Assembly (NCBI RefSeq): GCF_006345805.1
Contig: NC_042997.1
Location: 158,162,001-158,226,000, forward strand
Length of the DNA: 64,000 nucleotides
Direction of reading: 5' to 3'
DNA from: Octopus sinensis
Taxonomy: Eukaryota
Positions 26,050-38,312 of this stretch are shown piece by piece. A program made the position numbers and the translations under genes. The first letter of the stretch is position 1; each line of letters starts with the position of its first letter. The notes under the pieces are model-generated. The model did not search any database. It had not been told where the DNA came from and saw only the letters and a list, made by a program, of their open reading frames with translations.

Positions 26050-27150
26050 GTGCACCATCCTGTGCAATCAATCAATTAAGTTGATTTCAATGGTTGGGCC
26101 TGGCTCTTTTTGAATCAACAGATGTGCCTGACAATTTATTGATGCTATTGTTCTTTGGAGAAATCACTGCTAAATTGGAAGTGAATGATGAAAATGGCTT
26201 AAATGGACAGCATGCATAGAAGAGCTACTGGGGAAAACAAGTTGAAATGAGTGGAGCAAACCCTACTAATCTTGCTTGGAAACAACTGGAACAAGCTTCA
26301 CTTGATAAGTCTACAAAGGTTCTCGTAGCATAAGAGGTACGAAATCTATAAAATTATACTGTGCCATTCACCACCAAGAACGTTGCGGAAAAATTCCTAT
26401 GTGACGTGTGATAATACCAGCTGTTTCAAGAGTAAATTTTATTTAAATGCAACTCCTTAATCACTGCCTGTTCGAAACATTTGGGAGGATAATAACTGAA
26501 AATAGAGATTCTGTAAGATGGCTAAGTTGCAGCTGTTATCTTGAGTTGTTTTTTTAACTCCTGATACAGAATGACACTTTTTTTTAAAGTGAGAAATCTC
26601 GTGTCCAGCTACTAGACTTACATATCTTAACAAGTTCAAAATTAAATTAGGGGATATATGACGTATTCTTTGGGGAGCTTTTCGACAGATACTTAACATT
26701 TTCTCACCACCATCTAAGGATAATTATCTTCAGCTACTTTCCCTACAGCCATAAAGCAGTAAATACCGCGCATTCTTTTCAAATTTGCTCAAGATCTTTT
26801 CTCTAGTCTAAAGCTAAAATATTAACAGCATTTTTCAAAGCATTACCAACTTTCGAAATTTATATGACTGCATTATCGAGGATCTTCCATCAGATATTGA
26901 GTTGGAATATACTAATCTTCAGACAAATCACGTACCTAAAACAGAGTAAAAGAGAAAACTTGTTTGACTTTCAAACTTCTTGAAGGACGAGAAGATACTT
27001 CTATAAAATCGTTTGCTCGAGCATGGATTTCAGAACTGGGTGCTACCTTTTAATGTTAAAAACTATAAAATTTGAAAACAAATTTCACATGTTATCCCTC
27101 TACTAGAACAAGAATTTCATACTTTTTATTGATTGACATTGTCTGAAAGT
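26050..27150 (+). pseudogene. Decayed hAT (Charlie/SPIN-like) transposase
   Basis: Patches KLYCAIHHQERCGK, VSRVNFI, LNHCLF and VRWLS match hAT catalytic-region motifs. Many stops; TIRs not found. Confidence 0.55.
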
Positions 27151-29224
27151 TTCTGAAAATATATGTACACCTTTGAAAAAGAACCTTAGCGTAACTTTAA
27201 TTAAAACTCTTTCTGTAACTATGTATGATCATGAGATTTTAATTCGCATTGGCATACGGAACATAAGAAATGTTCCTATCTAGCCTATCTGTAGAAAATT
27301 TGATGTCTCCTATTCTATGTGACCTCATGAACCTCTAGAAATAGTAAACCAAATATACTGCAAAAGACACTCTATATGCTCTTCACAAACCAACATATTA
27401 GACTCTAGAAAAGTAAGCTTGAATCGTGAGAGCAATGCACAAGTATTTTCTTGCGTTAAGCCATATGAAAATAGTTTTGAAGCTTCTAACTGATTTCATT
27501 AGACTGTGTTAAAATGCTTCATTTAGTTTGTGCTAATGTATTTAATTCAGGGAGGATTAGCAATGTAAGTAGAGAAACTCTGCTGCAAAACAGAATATTA
27601 TTTAATCTTGTGTTGATATTCTTTTGAAGAACTGCAGAATAATATTGAACAGGATTTTCTACTATGAGAACTCGTAAAACATAAATTTCACTGAGCTTTA
27701 CGAATTTGTGAGGAAATTATCACAAAACAGATGTACTAAAATTGTACAGCTGATGGTGAAGTATAGTTTTCTAACATTTCTTGCATTTATTATATTAACA
27801 CTAACTTGACTATTGTAATTTATTCTGAGAACATCCGAATTTTTCACACACGTTTGTGTTGAATATAACAGTGGAGTTTACTGGTCTGAATATTAACTTT
27901 GGAGGTGCAATGTTTGATTTGCAAATCTCCCAGTTGATGTTTTTGTTATATTTGAGAAATTGTGTGAAGTGTAATCAGCACAAGTTGGTCTAACAAGCGT
28001 TAGAATTCTTAAGACTATCTTTTCTCAGATTCGAAATTAGGCTAATTTCACAGTTTCGATATGAGTAGAAGAAAATATCAGTCACTGTAATAATCCCTTC
28101 AAGTACTAGTTGCTTTAAGTGTATGTTTATAATTTTGTAGGTCACTGGGTCTTTTGTGTCATTTCTAATCGTATCTGAAAAGGAAAAATGTTGAGGTTGT
28201 TAAAATTGGTGGAAGGTGTTTATGTAGTTCTTATGATTTTGTTATGTTTATGAGACATTAAATAAGAGAGTTAATCTATTTTTTTAATGTAGGTGTTTTC
28301 TTTGCAGTCTTTTATTGTCACTTCAGGTGTAGCGTAAGAGCTTTGTTGATAAGGCTGGTGATTACCTGTAGCATTATATTATTTGCACAGTGTTGTATAT
28401 TGGATTAAACTACTTACTTGTGTCCAGCTATAATAACTTACATTTCATTGTTTCTTGTTATTTGTTTGTTACCGGAGGCAGCATGTGTGGTACTCTTTTG
28501 TGGTAGATTTTTTTGTTCATTTACAGGTTATCCTTAATCGAACGAATATATGACCGTAGGTCTTCTAGTACTCATGTCCCTACCATCATATATTCAGACT
28601 TAGTGTTCAATAACATCAGTTGAATTAACATTTTAACACTTCGGCAGTGAAAGTTAAAGCAATCTCTTAATCATCCTGATCACGACACTATTTAGATGCC
28701 CACTTATATGTTGTGCGTTTTCCTGTGGCATATACTAAAGAGATAGTTAAAGAGATATTAAAGAGATAGTTAAAGAGAATGCTGGAGCTGGTTAGGCGTT
28801 ATTTGAAGTTAGATACACTGATGACTTTTGCCCTTCTGTTGTTCTGTTTTATGTTGGAATATGGCCTCGATATTTATATTACTATCGGTGTTTGTCCACT
28901 TTGTTTCAGTTGTGTCTTTTCAACTTTGGCTCTATATTAAAGGTTCCATACACTCATGTATGTCTTTCAGATACATTGTAGCCAGGATAACATTATTATC
29001 GTGTCACTGCCATTTAAAGACAGACAGCTGGATTTCAGAAATATTTGACAACAAATACTTGCTGGTACATGCATCAGTGGTACTTTCCCTCATTCTCTCT
29101 CTCTTTCTCTCTCAAGTACATTGAACGCAACGCAGCCTTATCCACAGAAAGTTATTCTCTCCCTTTCTCTCTCTCTCCCTCTCTCTCTCTCCCTCTCTCT
29201 CTCTCTATATATAAATATATATAC

Positions 29225-29255
<31 letters not shown>

Positions 29256-29261
29256 GTGAGA

Positions 29262-29398
29262 ATTTACAAAAAACAAAAGACGAAGACGGGTGTGTAAACA
29301 ACAAACAGATGTATTAGTTTAAAGCTCGGGTAGTGAGAAAGTCTTTTACGTTTCGAGCCTACACTCTTCAATAGAAAGGAACACACAAATAAACAGGG
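29262..29398 (-). mobile_element. Penelope-like short repeat with degenerate minimal hammerhead motif (29343-29378)
   Basis: Minus strand cttt-CTATTGA-a-gagt(gtag)gctc-GAAAC-GTA-aaag has hammerhead topology but a non-canonical core. Confidence 0.5.
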
Positions 29399-29760
29399 TA
29401 CCTTTGGATGTACCTTTGGATGTTATATGCAGAACTATGAATTCATTGTAGCAGACTGAAATGAATTGATAGGGCTGCATTTCTGCTGAAATGAACTGAT
29501 ACGTTCACATACAACATCTATAGGTACATCTTTTTTCTTCTCTGATGAAATTATACTCATGTCACATAAATGTAAATTTAATGTACAAATTTTGTAATTA
29601 AATTAATGAGTATTAATTGAAACGGCGGTAAGAAGCGAAGACAACCAATTTGTTAATGATAAGTAATTATTAACTTCTTTGTCTCCATTTTCCTTTCTTC
29701 ATTTAAATGGATATAAACTATATGCTTTATATATACATACATACATACATAAATAAAAAA

Positions 29761-29794
<34 letters not shown>

Positions 29795-29796
<2 letters not shown>

Positions 29797-31049
29797 CTTG
29801 GCATCGCTTCACTGACTGTTGTCCACTTCGTCAGCACCCTCGTTTGTGGCTGATAAGACTGATGTGGTATCGACATATCCGATTGCGGTGATGACAGATG
29901 TATGGTTATTCAGGGTATTATGATGCAGCTGAATTATGTTTTCGCCTCTGATATTTGTATTTAAGAAATCTCAAAGGAAGAAACAACATCGCTCATGGTA
30001 TGGCGCCAAGCAACGTGATCAGCTATTAGAGTGGACAACTCACGATAATCAATGTCATAAATGTTAAGGGACTGCTTCTGGCAGTCCTTGTAACGCTTCC
30101 TTGGGGCTCCTCTCTTGCGATGGTAAATGGTGAGCTCATCGTACATGATGATCTTGGGTAGGTAGTGGTCTTTGATCCTGTTAACGTGCCCTGCCCAATG
30201 CAGGCGTGTCTCAAGGAAAATTGATTCCAGGCTAGTGACCTTTGTTCGCTCGAGGAAGACTTTAGTGTTGGTGATGTAATCATTTCAGTAAATGTTGCGG
30301 ATGGTATGGAGGCACCGTTCGTGAAATCTTCTAAGAGGTTGAGATGATAATATTAGGGGATCCAGAACTCAGAGCCGGATAGGAACGTCATGAGAACGAC
30401 GGCCTTGTAGACGCTGACTTTTGTGCTGATCTTAAGATGCTTGTTGTTCCACACACCCTTGTACAAATGCCAAATGCTTTGTTTACCTTTGCGAGACTGT
30501 TGATAATTTCTTTGTTGATACTTGCATCTGATGAGATGGTATATCCAAGATAAGTGAACTGTTATACCGACCTCAGTTCTGTTTCGGTTATGGAGATGTG
30601 ATGCGGGCTGTACTGGTAGAGAACTTTAGTCTTTTTCAAGCTTACTTCCAGCCTGAAGAGTTAGGTGGCCTCTGAAAAGCAGAATGTGACGCACTGCAGG
30701 GCTCTTTCTGTTTGCGTGACAAATACGGCATTATCTGTGAAGAATCAGTTGCTCTTGGATCTTGATGTGAGCCTGTAGGCGCTGGAGGTTGAAAATACTG
30801 CCGTTCAGACGGTACTTGATGTAGACGCCGTCCTCAGCGCCGAAGTCTGCATTCGCCTGCTTGAGTATCATGCTGAGGAAAGACAATGTGGTTTCAGAGT
30901 CAATAGAAGCACAACAGATATGGTTTTTGTCTTCAGGCAGCACCAAGAAAATTGCCGGGTGCGAAGCAAATCACTTTATGTAGCATTAGTCATTCTGATG
31001 AAAGCTTTCGACATTGTGAGCAGGAAAAAGTCTGTGGAAGATCCTAACC

Positions 31050-31050
<1 letters not shown>
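29795..31050 (-). mobile_element. RTE-clade LINE, 5'-truncated and decayed
   Basis: DGVYIKYRLNGSIFNLQRLQA, QFTYLG and RKRGAPRKRYKD motifs. The 3' UTR runs into (TA)n near 29790. Confidence 0.85.
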
Positions 31051-31147
<97 letters not shown>

Positions 31148-33419
31148 TAGATATGCGTGCGTGTGGTGTGTGTGTATGCATGTATATATTTGCGTGCATA
31201 CATACCTATATGTATATATGTATGTATGTATGTATGTATTTATGTATGTATATATTGGCCAACTTTTATCACACAGTTGTCACCTGAGATTATGGAATAC
31301 TTGAAACTGGTAATTGCCGATGTAACTATTTATTCACTTAATTTAGTAATATAATGTCATATTATGGATTAGATGGTGTTAGTTCTTGTAAAAGTATTAT
31401 TGAATCTAATATATTCCAAATAAATACTTAGCTACAGACTGTACTGACTACATTATATGAAATATATTTTCCCTGTGGTTCCTTTTAAGGAAGTGGTTTA
31501 TTACCTGCGAGAATTCGATTTTGAGGTTATGGAGATATTAATTGCATTACTTCCTATAAACTTATAATTTTGCTATAATAGAAGATGACAGCAACCACTT
31601 AGGATAATTTAACACAATTAGTGTGTTTCTATCTTCAAGGGACCGTATGTTTTATTTTTATAAATATATCATATTCAATGTGATTTTGTACATATACTAT
31701 GAAGAAAATTGCTAATTTTTGTTCTTAAACTGTGTGTATGTCAACGCATAGTCATACTTACACTTGAATGTTAAACGCTTACCATTTCGGTATATAGGTT
31801 TCTATTCTTATGTTATATATGTAGTATTGACACTCAGTATAAATCTACGGTACTTTAAAATTGCTCTAAAACAGATATATAATTCTTAATATGCAATAAA
31901 CCCAAGCATTTTGAGAAACTAGCATTTACTACTCTAAAATATATAAGAAAGGTCAAAAACCTACTAAAGAGATTATATATATAGTCTGTGTATGTATGTA
32001 TATACATATATACATACATAAATACATAAATACATACATACATACATGCACACATACATACATACATAAGCGAATATTATTCTTTGATATGCTATTTACA
32101 ACAATTTTAATGCCAGTGGCTTTCTTACTGAAATTTAGTGTATACATAATTCGACAGGAGGCTTTTTTTTATTTAGGGTTTTTAATAAGACAAATACAAT
32201 TTTTTTCCCAAATTATTCCATTAGATAGTTGTTCGTTTTTTTCATTTTCTGTTTAAACTGCATTACCAATTATTTGTCGTGTGAATGTTTCTGCATAAAT
32301 ATTACTTGTGATTGGTAATATACTTTTATGTAAAAAAAAATAAAGCTGCCAAATGTATACATAAATATTTCCAATGACTGATACATAATTCCAGTGCAAA
32401 TGGATTTGTGAATAGGAATACGCATCTAACTTAAATTAAGGGAGATGTTTAATATTACTAATAGGTGATACGTCACAAACATACAAAGAGACTTATGTCA
32501 TGTTTCACGTTAATATTTGTCTTCGATTTTTCTCTCGAGGAGAGGAAAAACTGCTACTGAGATAGCTAATTGTTAACAGAGTTTAAGTAGATATGTGTAG
32601 GAATGAAATGAAAATTTCTTGAATTCTGCAGACACATTTATGATAGCAGCCTTTTAAATGTGTGAAACAAGATTTTAAAAAAATATATATCAGTTATTCA
32701 TAAACCTTATACTACATGTGATTATATACTGCGCGAAATTCTAATAAAAATATAGTAACCATAAAACCGATAGATAATATATAGCACATTGTTGTAAGCT
32801 TAAGTTAGCAGTTAATAAAACAGATTTTAAGCTATGGCATAGAAAGACACGATGCTTTTTCAATGATTATATTAATGATGATAGAATCCAAGTGTTAAAG
32901 AAATGCTTGACTATTGATAAGAGTTACGTCTGTTAGGAAGAGACTGAGCCACGTATATTTTATCTAATACCAAATCTTCCAGAGAATATACTCAAATAAA
33001 CCTAAAATTCAGTAGCCGCTTTACGTTGCTATTTCACTCATACAACCTATATGAGCTCAATATTGAAGATATTATATTGAATAAGAATAACTTCATTTGC
33101 TTGGATTGAAATGTGCATAAACAAATTGCCTAACAACGACACTTGATTACCGTATTTCTATATTTGTTACCATGAGCTAATATCACCTACAGTGTTGTGA
33201 ATGTTGCTTTCAGACAATGCTTATATTATGTGCATCTAAGATTTGTTATTTGCTTCACTTATAGTATTTGCTCATTTTGTAATGGAAATAGATACAAATT
33301 CTGTCATCCGTATTTCTACTGCCAAAGTATCTGCTCATATTTTGAATTCGACTATAGGATGTTAAATAAATTTTCGATGATTTTTCATAATGTTCTTACT
33401 GATGTTGTTGTAGTTGTTG

Positions 33420-33423
<4 letters not shown>

Positions 33424-33475
<52 letters not shown>

Positions 33476-35485
33476 TTATTATTATTATTATATTATTATT
33501 ATTATATTATTATTATTATTATTATTCAGTAGTTTTATTTTTATAGCGTGCTTTCACTTCACTACCGAGCGCAGCTCTTTGTGCCTTGGGTATGTGCTGT
33601 GATTTGCTATGATGGTTATTGTATGGAAAGTATTCTGCGTAGGATGTGTGCAGTGCCTAGTAGTGCAATTATCTGTATGTTATATGTGTTTGTAAGTCCT
33701 GGTGTTTTTGTTATGCATTTGTCTGAGTATTTTTCATCATGCCTAACGCACCTACTATAATAGGAATTGTTTCTGTTTTTAGATTCCACATTCTGGTTAT
33801 CTCTATTTCCAGGTCTTTGTATTTTGAAAGTTTCTCCATTTCTTTTAGAGACACGTTGTCATCTGCCGGTATTGATACATCAATTAGAAAGCATTTTTTT
33901 CTTCATGATCTCTGACAACTATATCTGGTCTGTTGGCCTTAATTTCTCTATCTGTGTGTATCAGCATATCCCAGAGTATGGTTGCTTTCTCGTTTTCTGT
34001 GGCCTTTTCTGGTGTGTGCCTATAACATCATTTTTCTGTTGTTATTCCAAAATGTTGGCATAGCTTCCAGTGTATGTAGGTTCCAACTCTGTCATGTCTG
34101 CGAATATATTCTTTCTTAGCCAGGACTGGGCAGCCAGAGATAATATGATTTATTGTTTCTTGTCCATCTCCACATATTCTGCAGTTACTTGTTATATTTC
34201 TTTTCATTACATGTTTTTGGTAATTTCTGGTGGGGAGGCTTTGGTCTTGTGCTGCAATTAAAAATCCTTCTGTCTCTGCTTTGAGTCCTGAGCTTCTCAA
34301 CCATTGCTGGGATTGTTTTTGTCTATTTATTTTGCATTTAGTTTGGTCCAGTATTTACCATGCAGTGGCTTTTCTTGCCATTGTTTTATCATGGTTCTTT
34401 GCTGTTCTAGTTTTAGTTTGGATTTCATTTGTTTTATAGCTTTTGTTGTTTCTTCATCTTTTTCTTCTTCATCTTCATATTTATTAGGTGGCATGATTTC
34501 TTGTTTGTATTTGTCAGCTACCTTAAATACCGAGAACAGTTTTTTGTTTTGCTCGTGTTTTGCCGCTATTTGTATCAGTTTTCCTTCCTTCTGAAGTAGA
34601 TATTTTTGCAGTCCTATGGTGGTTATTTTATAGTAGTTTTCCAGTTGCATAAGGCCTCTACTACCTTCTATACGTTGTATATATAGTCTTTCTACGTCAG
34701 ATTTTGGGTGATGCATCCTAGATCCTGTCATCATCTTTCTTGTTTTCCTATCTATTTTGGTCAGTTCATTTCGTGTCCAGTTAAGGATATTGTAGCTGTA
34801 ACTTATAACTGGGACAGCTAAAGTGTTGATACCTATTATCTTGTTTTTAGCATCGAGCTCTGTGTTTAGTATTGATCTAACTCGTCTATAATATTCTTTT
34901 TTTATTTTCTCTTTCATTTGTGTGTGTTGTGTCTTATCTAGTTCATGGATTCCTAAGTATTTGTAAGTTTGGCTTTGGTCTCATTCTTTTATTTCATTGG
35001 TTTTATCTAGTATGATGTTGCTACTCTTAACTAGTTTTCCTCTTTTCATGGTTACTTTGGCGCATTTTCTAATCCAAATGTCATATCTATTTCTTTGGTA
35101 AATCCATGAACTGTCTTTAATAGTGTTTCCAGCTGTTTGTCATTTGCAGCGTATAGTTTTAGGTCATCCATATATAAAAGGTGGCTGATCGTTTTGCCGT
35201 AACCTTTATATCCGCATCCAGTTCTATTTAGCATATCAGATAGAGGTGACAGTGCCAAGCAGAAAAGGAGTGGAGAGAGCATGTCTGCCTGGAATATTCC
35301 TCTTCTAATGGCGATGGCTTTGGTTTTCATGAGTCCCTCTTTTGTTTGGAGCTGTAGCACTGTTTGCCATTTATTCATAGAGTGTCATATGAATTTTATA
35401 ATTGTTGGTGCTACTTTGTTAATGGCTAATGTTTCGAGGATCCATGTGTGGGGGATGCTATCAAACGCCTTTTTGTAGTCGATCC
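33424..35485 (-). mobile_element. R4/Dong LINE copy 1, 5'-truncated, (TAA)n tail 33424-33530
   Basis: IDYKKAFDSIPH, GIFQADMLSPLLF, YMDDLKLY and CRICGDGQETINHIISGC motifs; frameshifted. Confidence 0.92.
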
Positions 35486-35561
<76 letters not shown>

Positions 35562-36170
35562 TCAGTAGTCTTATTTTTATAACGTGCATTCACTGCACTA
35601 CCGAGCCCAGCTCTATGTGCAGTTCCTAGTAGTGCTATTTTCTGTAGGTTGTATATATTTGTAAGTCCTGGTGTTTTTCTTATGTATTTCTCTGAATATC
35701 TTTTATCATACCTAACGTGCCCACTATGATAGGAATTGTTTCTGCTTTTAGACTCTACATTCGAGTTACCTCTATTTCCAGGTCTTTGTATTTTGAAAGT
35801 TTCTCCATTTCTTTTAGAGAAACGTGGTCATCTGTTGGTATTGATTCATCGATTAGAAAGCATTTTTTTCTTCCTGAGCTCTGACAAGTGTATCTCGCAT
35901 ATTGGCCTTAATTTCTTTATCTGTGTGCATTGGCATATTCCATAGTATTGTTGCATTGTCATTTTCTCTGACCATCTCTGGCGCGTGCCTATACAATCTT
36001 TTTTCCTGCTGTTATTCCATAGTGTTGGCATAGTTTCCAGTGTATGTAGGTCTCGACTCTGTTGTGTCTGTGAATATATTCCTTCTTATCCAGGACTGGG
36101 CAGCCAAAGACAATATGATTTATTGTTTCTCGTCCATCTCTACATATTCTGCATTGTAGCCGTCAGCCTG
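35486..36170 (-). mobile_element. R4/Dong LINE copy 2 (same subfamily as copy 1), 3' ~610 bp plus (TAA)n tail 35486-35560
   Basis: Its RLE region and 3' UTR closely resemble 33530-34150. Confidence 0.9.
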
Positions 36171-36989
36171 GCAAGCCACGCTTGTCCTCGATCCATGAAT
36201 TCTATAAGAAAAAAGGAAACACATAATAATTTTTTTGCACCTTTAACATCGTGGACAACACGTTATTTGTTGTTGAGTGGTGAGTTTATTTTCCTATTTT
36301 GTTCCCCAGCTTTGGAGGACAGGACGATTCTTTTTGTTTCTTTAAACAAAGTTGTGTGCGTTTTCCCTACCAACATGGAGAAAACACAAAACACGGCGAC
36401 ACTCATGTGTGAGAGTGATGGAGAAAACGAGGGGTATCCCAAAGCTTATGAGAGAGGGTGGATGCATGCGAAGAGACTTCGGTCTGAAATACAAAACAGA
36501 CGATAGTCGTATTTCTCCGCCCCCCATCAAATAAATGAACAAAAAGGACAACGGAGCCAATATTTTCAATAATGATCACTCAGAAGATCGTTTGAAAAGC
36601 TAAGATTCTGTTTTTAACAATATTTTGCGAAGAGAAAACATTAACTTCGAAAATGTAATTGGCGAAAGCCCTTCCGTGAGCGAAGTAGCAGATGAGTTGA
36701 CTGCAAATAACAACAGCAAGAAGAAGAAGAAGAAGAAGAGGAAGAAGTAGTAGTAGTAGTTGTAGTAGTAGTAGTGGGAAAAGAATAAGAACAACAACAA
36801 CAACATCGGCACCATCAACAACCACAACAAAACCAATAACAAAGGTGACAACAGCAACAACAAAACCAACAAAGGCAGCAACAATAATGACAAAGACAAT
36901 GAAAGAGCTAAGACCCAAATCATTACAACGGCTTGGTAGTACCTTTCAAAGCTTTCTTTTGCTAGAGTAACTAAATAATCTCTCCAGAA

Positions 36990-37891
36990 AATATAATTCT
37001 CAGAACTTAAATATGCTAGACAGCTTGTCGAGAGAGATAGACTAGCTGTAAAGTTGGATACCTCACCTGAGACAAACCAAGCCACGATACGTCGCACAGT
37101 GACGTACCGTACAGTCCGGTTAAAGTCATGGAGGGTGGAAAGAGCTACAGAGGCCCCAATAAAACAAGTTTTAGCTTCCGTCTGGAATCTAAAGGAATAT
37201 ATACAGGGAGTAATTGCCCATGGAATGGTGGACGTTCGACTCCACGCCGAAGAAGAAGCCAAACATTACTCTCTAACTCCTCTCAAAAGGGAGAAGCTGT
37301 TGCTAATTCCTTACTGCTGCCGTCAGAGACTGGCAAAAATTACAATCCAGCAGGTGCCGCCATAAAGTCATTCAATGGCTAATTGCGGCAGTGGTGATAG
37401 ACATTGAGGAAAACTCGAAAATCCTCGAAGCCTATCAGACAAAAAAGGAAAACTGGTCTGGGATGACCACAGAGCTCCTCCTCATTCAAACAACACAAAA
37501 TAATGTGAATCTCATCCCACACCAGATGCTTCTTCTTGGAGGCAGCATAATTCCTGTCAGAGTTGATGGAAGGAAAACAAAGTGTTGCATTTCATTTAAA
37601 CATTTCAAAACTGATTGTTCCAAGCTAAACGAAAAAGAGAGACGGGCACCTTCCCTCTCTACACCAACAACGGCCATCAGAACATCTGAGACAAAAGCAG
37701 CAGCGCCATCACCATCAGCAGATTCAGCCATATCACCACCAACACCGACACCAACAACTATACCTATACCGAGTTCACCCAAACACTTCTCTGCGTCTGA
37801 AGATGTTCCACTTTCCGATGCGGAGCGGGTGGACATCACAGCTGGAGAGACGGACCGAAATGAAGACTGGCAGTTAAAAGCAAAGACGTAA
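36990..37891 (+). pseudogene. L1/Tx1-like ORF1 relic (gag-like, degenerate CCHC knuckle)
   Basis: RRTVTYRT..EAKHYSLTPL..LIPYCCRQRLAKITIQQVPP* ..NWSG..IPVRVDGRKTKC aligns with the ORF at 56091-57146. One stop and one frameshift near 37365. Confidence 0.7.
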
Positions 37892-38049
37892 ACGTGACAG
37901 AACGAAAATTTACATATGGACAAAAAACAACAATCCTCATCCACACAAGATATAGAAAGGAAAAAAATTAAAACAATAACAAACACTGCATCGATACCAT
38001 TACCTCTAACACCTGAAACACAAGCCATTCCTCACACGCAACAACAACA

Positions 38050-38197
38050 ATTACAACATTTTTTATATTTGACGGATATTTGTACTCATCTTGTTTGTTG
38101 TAAACTCTGCGTTTTGGCTGATATACTCTCCAGCGTTCATCAGGTGTCTTGGGGAACATTCGAGCCTGGGTTCTCATTCCCAAAGTATTTTTCGATC
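38050..38197 (-). mobile_element. Penelope-like short repeat with a dead hammerhead-like motif (38104-38147)
   Basis: Minus strand acac-CTGATGA-acgctg(..)cagcc-AAAAC-GCA-gagt; the GAAA and GUH positions are mutated. Confidence 0.45.
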
Positions 38198-38214
38198 TTC
38201 TTCTTCTTCTTCTT

Positions 38215-38242
<28 letters not shown>

Positions 38243-38312
<70 letters not shown>

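Noticed and set aside
31275-33308. Plus-strand exon-like segments LSPEIMEYLKL (~31275-31307) and FAHFVMEIDTNSVI (~33264-33308)
   Set aside because: Their phases are incompatible with each other and no homology is recognised; too short to support alone.
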